From positions 233,522 to 297,521 of the forward strand of contig CAZGEA010000001.1 in NCBI GenBank assembly GCA_964524515.1: a DNA stretch of 64,000 nt. The letters are read 5' to 3'. The notes under the pieces were generated by a model. The model did no database searches. It was not told the DNA's origin and worked only from the letters and a program-made list of their open reading frames with translations. The first letter of the stretch is position 1. Each line of letters opens with the position of its first letter. The DNA comes from an uncultured Gammaproteobacteria bacterium. Its GTDB lineage: Bacteria; Patescibacteriota; Microgenomatia; UBA8517. Below, in pieces: positions 1 to 6,986 of this stretch. Made by a program: the position numbers and the translations under genes.

Positions 1-654
1 ATCACCCTTTGCATACCTATAAAATTTTTTAAACATTGAAAATAAATTATTTGGAACTTCCCAATAAACAATTGCTTTTGGATTTCGAACTATTTTTGCA
101 TTTATTTCTACTAATCCGTAATTAAATAAGGTATCCTCTCCAGCATCTGGTAAATTCTCATTAAAACCACCAATTTTTTTCCAAATATTTTTCCGAAATG
201 CAATCGATCTACATGATGGCAAAAAAATATCTTTATTATATTTTCTTTGAGTTACACCTAAAAAAGGAATTGCTGCTTTTGAAATTAAATTTCTACTTGT
301 CATTTGGTAAAACCCAGCAACACAATCAGTTTCCATATTATTAAACGGTTTAAGTATTTCCCCAAGCCAATTTTTATGAAGTATTACTCCAGCATCAGTC
401 ATTACTATAATAGTATGTTTTGCTTTTTTAATTCCAAAATTCCGTCCACTAGCAATATTCCCAATCTTTTTATATATTCTTATTTTTTTGTATTTACTAG
501 AAAACTTTAATAAAATTTTGTAAGTATTATCCCTTGATCCCCCATCAACAATAACAATCTCGCCACGAGGTGTGATTTGCTTAACCAAATCCTCAACCAA
601 TCTGGAAATACTTTTCTCTTCATTAAATACTGTAATTACAATTGAGTAGTTCAT
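1..654 (-). CDS. Glycosyltransferase family 2 (GT-A fold), 5' end only; the gene runs off the window edge, so it is absent from the ORF track
   Basis: Hand translation of the reverse complement is open to position 1: MNYSIVITVFNEEKSISRLVEDLVKQITPRGEIVIVDGGSRDNTYKILL...DAGEDTLFNYG. It has the GT2 N-terminal signature (IVITxxNEE ... VDGGSxDxT) and a DAGED (DxD-like) motif. The start ATG overlaps the stop of the upstream GT2 as ATGA (651-654). Confidence 0.75.
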   Translation of the reverse strand, partial: MNYSIVITVFNEEKSISRLVEDLVKQITPRGEIVIVDGGSRDNTYKILLKFSSKYKKIRIYKKIGNIASGRNFGIKKAKHTIIVMTDAGVILHKNWLGEILKPFNNMETDCVAGFYQMTSRNLISKAAIPFLGVTQRKYNKDIFLPSCRSIAFRKNIWKKIGGFNENLPDAGEDTLFNYGLVEINAKIVRNPKAIVYWEVPNNLFSMFKKFYRYAKGD

Positions 655-1526
655 CTAATTAAAATTAGAACCAAAACAATAGAAAACAACAAAATTAATA
701 AAATAATCTTTTTTGAAACATTCAATACTAACTCAACCAAAATTGAATTCATTAAACCATAGTGCTTTCTAAAATAATATCTTCTACTATTCTCAAAAAT
801 TGTCTTAATTTTTTTTATTTTTGGAGTTGTTGCTTTCCAAATATGAATTATTTTAATTTTTGGATAAATTACTATTTCATAGCCTAAGTCTTTTACTCTT
901 TTACACAAATCCACTTCCTCAAAATATAAAAAGAATTTTTCATCAAAACCATTTAATTTTAAAAACAATTGTCTTGAAATCAAAAATACTGATCCTGCTA
1001 CTAAATCAACACTCACCGGTGTATCAAATTCAGAATTCGTATTCCAATAGTTAGTAACAATACTTCTAAAAAACACAAGTTTACTTAAAAATGATAGTAC
1101 AATAATTGATCTAATTGGATTTAATTCTTTAATCCCGATTTGCATATACTTAACTCTATGTCTATTAAGCAACATTGGAGCAACAATTCCAATCGATGTA
1201 TCGTTGTTAAGATAATATAACAATTGTCTAATAACATTACTAATTAAAATACAGTCTGGATTTAAAATAAAAATATATCTACCAACTGAATAAGAAAAAC
1301 CAATATTAACTCCTTTTCCATAACCATAATTTTCATAATTATTTACAATTCTCAAGCTCTTAATCTTTAAATCTCCAATAGACAAAGGGTCTTCAGCATT
1401 ATTAACAACAACAACTTCATAATCAATTCTAGAAGTATATTTTTCAATTGATCTTAAACATTCAAACAAAATATTAATATTTTTGTAATGAACAATAATG
1501 ATTGAAACTAGTGGTTTTTTATTCAT
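651..1526 (-). CDS. Glycosyltransferase family 2 with a C-terminal hydrophobic helix (DPM1/GtrB-like architecture possible)
   Basis: N-terminus SIIIVHYKNINILFECLRSI...EVVVVNNAEDP is a GT2 signature. The C-terminal segment KKIILLILLFSIVLVLILI is a predicted TM helix. Confidence 0.85.
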   Translation of the reverse strand: MNKKPLVSIIIVHYKNINILFECLRSIEKYTSRIDYEVVVVNNAEDPLSIGDLKIKSLRIVNNYENYGYGKGVNIGFSYSVGRYIFILNPDCILISNVIRQLLYYLNNDTSIGIVAPMLLNRHRVKYMQIGIKELNPIRSIIVLSFLSKLVFFRSIVTNYWNTNSEFDTPVSVDLVAGSVFLISRQLFLKLNGFDEKFFLYFEEVDLCKRVKDLGYEIVIYPKIKIIHIWKATTPKIKKIKTIFENSRRYYFRKHYGLMNSILVELVLNVSKKIILLILLFSIVLVLILIR

Positions 1527-1579
1527 AAATATCTACAAGCACATTGACAAATTTTTTAAAAAGAATAATAATTTTCTAA

Positions 1580-3463
1580 ATGAAAAGGATATATGCTTTT
1601 GCATTAATTTTTACTTTTCTACTTCTGACCTTAATAATTCCACTAAAAAGTACTTACGCTGATACTATCACTTTTTCTGACAATTTTGACGACAACAATG
1701 CAGATGGATGGGAAGTTTTCTCTAACAATTGTTTATTTAACGGGCAACCGGCAATTTGGAGAGTTGAATCGGGCTCATATGGCACACAAGTAAACAGTGG
1801 TTTTTGTACTACTTTTTCGGGTCCATCTAATCTTTCAATTCCGACTGGTCAACCATACACACTCGAAACTGATATTAAAATGCCAATTTCAATAAATATG
1901 GACAGGAACATTATTTTTAAATTTAAAGACACATCAAATTGGTATGGATTACACTTTATAGGAAATAATGTTTATTTTGAAAAAGTTGCGAATGGCTCAG
2001 AATATATTCTACCCAATCGAGTTTTTAGTTATAACTTCCAAACAAACATAAATTACAAAATCAAAATAGAAGTACTTTCAAATTCATACAATATATTCAT
2101 AAATAACATTTTACAAAAAAACGTAGTAGAAGACGGGTCACCAACATTTGAAAACAGTCGTTTTGCACTTGGTGACGGCGCCGGAGCAATATCTAGTTCT
2201 GAAGTTTGGTTCGACAACGTTAACTTAACATTAATAGGAGTTACCCCAACTTCCACCCCACTTCCGACCTCCACACCATTACCAACTCCTAGCCCATCAC
2301 CTTCTCCAATACCCACATCAACTCCGTACACATTAAATGTTCCAGATTTCAAACAAAATGACCCAATTTGGGGAAACAAATCATATGATCACATTGCACC
2401 CACAACAATTGGGCAAGTAGGATGCACTTTATCAACTGCTGCAATGATAATGAGATATCACAATCACGATGTAAATCCAGATTCTCTAAATCAAATGCTA
2501 ATTGATTTCAAAGATGCAAAAAGTAAATTGGTAGGTTTCACAAAAGAAGGATATGTGGTATGGCCCGCTATATCAGCTCTCACAAAATCAACACTAGCTG
2601 TTAATCCAAATTTACCTAAAAAACATCTAGAATGGGTCAGGGTTAATAATCCAAGCATTCAAGCCATCAAAAATCAATTAGATTTAAACCAACCAATGAG
2701 CATAAGAGTTCCTGGGCATTCAGTTGTAGGTAAAGGATACTCTGAAAATAACATATTAATTAACGATCCATGGTCCAGTCCATTAACAAATTTAACTGAT
2801 CTTCAAAATTCACGAGGACTTATGCAAAAAATAGAAACATTTAAAGAAACTGATTCTGATCTTTCATATATCTTTCTCAAGACAGATGTTAACAATGACC
2901 TAAAAGTTTTTGATCAAAATAATAATGAAATAGACGGGTTTACTTATATTGAAGAGCCAAATTTGGCAGACAATGGCATTCAACCAAACATCAATATTCC
3001 CTCAGTAAAAATATTTGCTTACCCTCAACCACAAAATGGAGAATATAAAATAAAAATTAATAGCAATAATTCAATTTACAACATTGATTCATATCTTTTT
3101 GAAAAAGACGGCACACCAACTGTTTATAATCTAGCAGGATTTTCATCAAATGATGAAAATGACATTATTGACATAAATATAAACAACACAAATTCACTTG
3201 ATGAACAAATTACATTAGACTCAATACTCGCTGATCTAAAATTAGCCTACGACCAAGGATTAATTAAAAACAAAACTATATATCTTACATTAAAAGCTGA
3301 ACTAAACGCTGCAAAATATTTACAGTTAAACAATAAAACTATTTTATACAAATCAGCTCTAAAATTAATTCTTACAGAAATCAAAAAATGGACACCAAAA
3401 TACCTAAATTCAAATGCTTCAGTAATATTCCAGGATTCACTAAAGAAGTTAATTAATAACTAA
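1580..3463 (+). CDS. Secreted multidomain protein: signal peptide, ConA-like/DUF1080-like lectin domain, Pro/Thr/Ser linker, C39-like (papain-fold) cysteine peptidase domain, then a beta-rich C-terminal region
   Basis: N-terminal hydrophobic signal MKRIYAFALIFTFLLLTLIIPLKSTYA. The segment DNFDDNNADGWEVF...WRVESG resembles laminin-G/DUF1080-type domains. The linker is TPTSTPLPTSTPLPTPSPSPSPIPTSTP. QVGCTLSTAAMIMRY (Cys motif) and PGHSVVGKGYSENNILINDPW (His motif followed by NDP) match the Peptidase_C39_2-like fold. Confidence 0.7.
   Translation: MKRIYAFALIFTFLLLTLIIPLKSTYADTITFSDNFDDNNADGWEVFSNNCLFNGQPAIWRVESGSYGTQVNSGFCTTFSGPSNLSIPTGQPYTLETDIKMPISINMDRNIIFKFKDTSNWYGLHFIGNNVYFEKVANGSEYILPNRVFSYNFQTNINYKIKIEVLSNSYNIFINNILQKNVVEDGSPTFENSRFALGDGAGAISSSEVWFDNVNLTLIGVTPTSTPLPTSTPLPTPSPSPSPIPTSTPYTLNVPDFKQNDPIWGNKSYDHIAPTTIGQVGCTLSTAAMIMRYHNHDVNPDSLNQMLIDFKDAKSKLVGFTKEGYVVWPAISALTKSTLAVNPNLPKKHLEWVRVNNPSIQAIKNQLDLNQPMSIRVPGHSVVGKGYSENNILINDPWSSPLTNLTDLQNSRGLMQKIETFKETDSDLSYIFLKTDVNNDLKVFDQNNNEIDGFTYIEEPNLADNGIQPNINIPSVKIFAYPQPQNGEYKIKINSNNSIYNIDSYLFEKDGTPTVYNLAGFSSNDENDIIDININNTNSLDEQITLDSILADLKLAYDQGLIKNKTIYLTLKAELNAAKYLQLNNKTILYKSALKLILTEIKKWTPKYLNSNASVIFQDSLKKLINN
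2244..2326 (+). repeat. Low-complexity Pro/Thr/Ser-coding repeat (interdomain linker) inside the secreted protein
   Basis: Reiterated ACYYCMACYCC-like units encode (TPxS/TPLP)n. The antisense ORF 2053-2379 (GVG/EVG repeats) is its mirror image. Confidence 0.5.
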
Positions 3464-3465
3464 AG

Positions 3466-3657
3466 TTATACTCTACTTGAAGATCCAGGAGAAAGAATCT
3501 CTTTAATCATAGTTTTTATAAATCCAAACAATAATTTAAAAAGATACTCAATTCCATGAATAATTAACCTTCCAGCTTTTACGATCTGAAGTTCAGTTTT
3601 AACAGACATACTTTTACTATCTGTCATTTGAGAATATTGTGGTTTACCAGCGTCCAT
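3466..3657 (-). CDS. Small hypothetical ORF (63 aa) between the secreted-protein gene and the tRNA; may be non-coding
   Basis: ORF only, no recognisable motifs. It sits in a non-coding-looking gap. Confidence 0.2.
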   Translation of the reverse strand: MDAGKPQYSQMTDSKSMSVKTELQIVKAGRLIIHGIEYLFKLLFGFIKTMIKEILSPGSSSRV

Positions 3658-3683
3658 TGTAACTACATTATACTATACTTTTG

Positions 3684-3757
3684 TGGACTCGAGAGGGCTC
3701 GAACCTCTGACCTCACGAATGTGAATCGTGCGCTCTAACCAACTGAGCTACGAGTCC
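3684..3757 (-). tRNA. tRNA-Val (anticodon CAC), 74 nt, CCA not encoded
   Basis: The reverse complement folds as a cloverleaf: acceptor GGACTCG/CGAGTCC, D-arm GCTC-AGTTGGTTA-GAGC, anticodon stem CACGA/TCGTG with loop TTCACAT (anticodon CAC), variable AGGTC, and T-arm AGAGG-TTCGAGC-CCTCT. The discriminator A is followed by CAA, not CCA. Confidence 0.85.
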
Positions 3758-3842
3758 AATATGCAATTTTACCATGCCTGAAAATAATAGTTTTAACTTA
3801 AGGGGTTTCACCCATACTAAAAACCAAGTATAATAATTTTTA

Positions 3843-4400
3843 ATGTTTCAAAATAAACTAGGCTCATTTATCGTGGATACTCTTCAAGTAATTGTATTTG
3901 CTGTATCAATATTTTTATTTATCTATCTTCTAGTCATGCAACCACACAAAATCAAAGGATCTTCCATGGAACCAGACTTTCACAATGGTGAATTTTTACT
4001 AACAGACAAGTTAACTTATCGGTTCTCAGAACCAAAAAGAGGAGATGTTGTAATATTTAAAGCTCCACCAGATGACAGAGATGAATTTATAAAAAGAATA
4101 ATTGCAATCCCAGGAGACACAGTTCTAGTTCAAAACGGAAAAGTATCAGTTAATGGCAAATTAATTGATGAACCATATTTAAGCGATAACACATTCACAT
4201 CAGGCGGATCAATTGCAGTTGAGGGAACCCAACTCACAATTCCACAAGGAAAATATTTCATGATGGGTGACAATAGACCTCACTCTTTTGATTCAAGAAA
4301 TTTCGGCCCAATAGGTAAAGAAAAAATTACAGGTAGAGCTTGGATAATTTACTGGCCACCACAAAATTTTGGAGTAATTAAAGCTTTCAGTTCAATCTAA
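3843..4400 (+). CDS. lepB: Signal peptidase I (S26 family)
   Basis: N-terminal TM helix. Catalytic Ser box GSSMEP, Lys box FIKRIIAIPGD, and box E MMGDNRPHSFDSRNFG. Confidence 0.9.
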   Translation: MFQNKLGSFIVDTLQVIVFAVSIFLFIYLLVMQPHKIKGSSMEPDFHNGEFLLTDKLTYRFSEPKRGDVVIFKAPPDDRDEFIKRIIAIPGDTVLVQNGKVSVNGKLIDEPYLSDNTFTSGGSIAVEGTQLTIPQGKYFMMGDNRPHSFDSRNFGPIGKEKITGRAWIIYWPPQNFGVIKAFSSI

Positions 4401-4406
4401 GCAAGT

Positions 4407-4481
4407 GATTTACATCGCAGATGAAGTCAGGCCAATGACTTACATCACAAATGAAGTCACGCCAGTGACTTATAAATTTTT
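4407..4481. repeat. Two and a half tandem copies of a 30-bp unit, each with an internal inverted repeat (ATGAAGTCA ... TGACTTACAT). The second hairpin is followed by T6, a candidate intrinsic terminator for lepB that overlaps the parB 3' end.
   Basis: Units GATTTACATCGCAGATGAAGTCAGGCCAAT (4407-4436) and GACTTACATCACAAATGAAGTCACGCCAGT (4437-4466) match at 25 of 30 positions. Hairpin stems are at 4421-4445 and 4451-4473, and the TTTTTT run is at 4476-4481. Confidence 0.6.
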
Positions 4482-5290
4482 TGAAGTCTTTCCTCAGTCT
4501 CTTCTAAACTTCCTTTAAACTCAAAAGTAACCTTTGTTGATCTTCTTGTTCTAATTAAATTAACTTGTGTAGTTTTATCATCCTCAGCTTTTTGCAATGC
4601 TTTGGTTAATTCTACCTTCATTTTATCCAATTCCTCATTAACTACTCTCATATCACTTACACGAGCAGATGGCTTTGGGCCTTGATCAGATTGAGCCTTC
4701 ATTCGTCTTGCCAATTCCTCAGCCATACGAACAGATCCAGATTTTTTCAAAATTATTTTGTAAGCATCAACCATCAATTGAAGATCATCAATTGCAGCCA
4801 AAGCACGAGCGTGTCCTTCAGTGATAAGCCCAGACAAAAGTCCATCTTTCAATGCATCAGGAAGTGACAAAAGTCTCATAGAATTTGATACATATGCTAC
4901 AGATTTTCCAATTCGCACAGCTATCTCACTTGTAGTTAATCCAAACTCATTCATTAATCTCTCAAATCCTTTTGCTCTATCTAAAGCGTTCAAATCAACT
5001 CTTTGCACATTCTCAACCAAAGCCATTTCAAGCATTCCTTTAGGGGAAGTTTCTCGAACAACAACTGGCACATGAGTCAATCCTGCAAGCTTTGATGCTC
5101 TCCATCTTCGCTCTCCTGCAATTATCTGAAATCCTGCTGGAGTTTTTGCTGCAACCAAAGGCTCCAAAATTCCATGTTCTTTAAGTGAATCAACTAAATC
5201 AACTAAACTTTCTGGGGTAATAACTCCACGAGGTTGAAGTGGGTTAGGTTGCAATTCTTCAATTGCTAAATAAATAATTTCCTCGGCCAT
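4457..5290 (-). CDS. ParB/Spo0J-family (ParB N-terminal nuclease-like domain plus HTH) protein with a non-canonical charged, coiled-coil-like C-terminus; no parA partner in the window
   Basis: LQPNPLQPRG and IIAGERRWRASKLAGL are ParB box motifs, followed by an HTH region (TTSEIAVRIGKSVAYVSNSMRLL). The C-terminus KMKVELTKALQKAEDDK is unlike the typical ParB dimerisation domain. Confidence 0.8.
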   Translation of the reverse strand: MAEEIIYLAIEELQPNPLQPRGVITPESLVDLVDSLKEHGILEPLVAAKTPAGFQIIAGERRWRASKLAGLTHVPVVVRETSPKGMLEMALVENVQRVDLNALDRAKGFERLMNEFGLTTSEIAVRIGKSVAYVSNSMRLLSLPDALKDGLLSGLITEGHARALAAIDDLQLMVDAYKIILKKSGSVRMAEELARRMKAQSDQGPKPSARVSDMRVVNEELDKMKVELTKALQKAEDDKTTQVNLIRTRRSTKVTFEFKGSLEETEERLQKIYKSLA

Positions 5291-5308
5291 AAACTTGTAA
5301 CTAATCTT

Positions 5309-5557
5309 TTATGCTACTACTGACAAAACTTTCCTGCCCAATCTATTTGCAAAATGGACAATTCCAGGTTTAACTGCATATAAAGTGTGATCTCGTCCAA
5401 CTCGTACATTTTTTCCAGCTTTAATCAAAGTCCCTCTTTGTCTAATTAATACAAAAGACTCAGAAACTCTCTGTCCTGATGCAACTTTAACCCCAAGTCG
5501 CTTTCCTTCTGGGCTTACATGTTGTTTTGTTTTACCTGCTGCTTTATGTGTTGACAT
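5309..5557 (-). CDS. rpmA: 50S ribosomal protein bL27
   Basis: KRLGVKVASGQRV...LIRQRGT...GKNVRVGRDHTLYA...GIVHF matches the bL27 signature. Confidence 0.9.
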   Translation of the reverse strand: MSTHKAAGKTKQHVSPEGKRLGVKVASGQRVSESFVLIRQRGTLIKAGKNVRVGRDHTLYAVKPGIVHFANRLGRKVLSVVA

Positions 5558-5638
5558 AGTATTATATTTTTAGTCTAAAATAAGTTTTCACAATTGTCAA
5601 TGAATTACTTCTATGCGATTTGATATTATCTGATCTAT

Positions 5639-5953
5639 TTATGCAATTGAAGTAACAGTGAGTCTTGTGTACTTAGCTCTAAATCCTTTATGTTTTCTAA
5701 ACCTAGATTTAGCCTTAAAAGTTCGAATATGAATTTTTTCACCTTTCTCTTCATTTTTTATCTCAAAACTAACTTCATGTTTATCTAAAGTTGGTTTTCC
5801 AATTTCAATAGTCTCTCCATCCACCAATAAAAGTGGCTTAACTTTAATCGTTTTTCCATCAGTTGAGATCAAATCAACCAATAAATCTTGGCCTTCTTCA
5901 ACTTTGTACTGATGTCCTTGTAATTTAACAACTGCGTATTTCATGCCTAACAT
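5639..5953 (-). CDS. rplU: 50S ribosomal protein bL21
   Basis: MKYAVVKLQGHQYKVEEGQ is an N-terminus typical of bL21. Size is about 100 aa and it lies immediately upstream of rpmA, the conserved rplU-rpmA arrangement. Confidence 0.85.
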   Translation of the reverse strand: MLGMKYAVVKLQGHQYKVEEGQDLLVDLISTDGKTIKVKPLLLVDGETIEIGKPTLDKHEVSFEIKNEEKGEKIHIRTFKAKSRFRKHKGFRAKYTRLTVTSIA

Positions 5954-5963
5954 TATACATCTT

Positions 5964-6980
5964 TTAGCTCATAATTCCAAGCAGTATTCCCAAACTAATC
6001 ATCGTGGCTAAAAGTGAAGATCCACCTATCGAAATTAAAGGCAAAGTGAGGCCAGTAATTGGCAAAAACCCCAAATTCATACCAACATGAACAAAAGTCT
6101 GAAATATCAAAGAAAATATAATTCCCGATACAAAAACTCTCTCCTCACTCTTTATTCTAGTATCAAAAATCTTAATAATAATTAGATACAAAAGAAAAAG
6201 TAAAACCAAAACAATTATTGCTCCAAAAAAACCAAGTTCTTCAGAAATGGATGCATATGCAAAATCAGTATGCCTTTCTGGCAAAAATGCCAGTTGTGTC
6301 TGCACTCCACGGCCCAAACCTCTCCCCCAAAACCCTCCAGATCCAACAGAAATTACTGACTGAACACTATTGTAATGTGCACTTTCATTTCCACTATTAA
6401 ATAATGATTGTATTCTATCTTTTTGATAAGGATGTAAAAAGAAAAATAAAAATGGAGCCATAACAATAAATAAAACCGATGAAATTAAAATATATTTTTT
6501 ATTAACTGGAGATGAAATAAGCATTCCAATAAATCCACTCGCTGTCACAACTGCAACTCCTAATGAAGGCTGTGCAACTATCAATAGAAAAGCTATTCCA
6601 AACAAAAAAATTGATCCAATATATTTTTTCAAATTCATTTTGTTTTTCATATAAACTGCAAAAAAAACAAATAAAAATGGACGTATTAATTCACTTGGCT
6701 GAAATGCAAGATTTCCAATTGGAATCCATCTGATAACTCCACGTGATGCCTGTCCAATAATCAAAGTAATCAATAAAAGTACAATTGAAACAACATAAAA
6801 ATGTTTCCAAAAAATAGTAAGAATCGAAAAATCAATTCTAGAAAACAAAAAATAAAAAAACAGAGAAATTAGTATATAAATTAAATATGAGGGAAAAACA
6901 AATGGTGCAATCGATCTCATTACAACCAAAGAAAAAACAATTGTAATAATTATTAAGGCAGTAAAAACATATCTTCTCAT
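5964..6980 (-). CDS. SEDS-family peptidoglycan glycosyltransferase (RodA/FtsW family). This is the second copy outside the dcw cluster, so RodA-like by position.
   Basis: Polytopic. LAFLPERHTDFAYASISEELGFFG is the SEDS signature (LPExHTDFIF). Confidence 0.8.
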   Translation of the reverse strand: MRRYVFTALIIITIVFSLVVMRSIAPFVFPSYLIYILISLFFYFLFSRIDFSILTIFWKHFYVVSIVLLLITLIIGQASRGVIRWIPIGNLAFQPSELIRPFLFVFFAVYMKNKMNLKKYIGSIFLFGIAFLLIVAQPSLGVAVVTASGFIGMLISSPVNKKYILISSVLFIVMAPFLFFFLHPYQKDRIQSLFNSGNESAHYNSVQSVISVGSGGFWGRGLGRGVQTQLAFLPERHTDFAYASISEELGFFGAIIVLVLLFLLYLIIIKIFDTRIKSEERVFVSGIIFSLIFQTFVHVGMNLGFLPITGLTLPLISIGGSSLLATMISLGILLGIMS

Positions 6981-6986
6981 TAAAAA

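Noticed and set aside
304-510. 68-aa plus-strand ORF
   Set aside because: It lies entirely antisense within the well-supported partial GT2 gene (1-654, minus strand), so it is a spurious frame.
2053-2379. 108-aa minus-strand ORF rich in GVG/EVG repeats
   Set aside because: It is the mirror image of the Pro/Thr linker coding repeat of the secreted protein on the plus strand, so it is a low-complexity artefact.
4405-4490. Canonical parS centromere next to the ParB-like gene
   Set aside because: The repeats do not match the conserved TGTTTCACGTGAAACA palindrome. They are kept only as a speculative non-canonical site in the findings.
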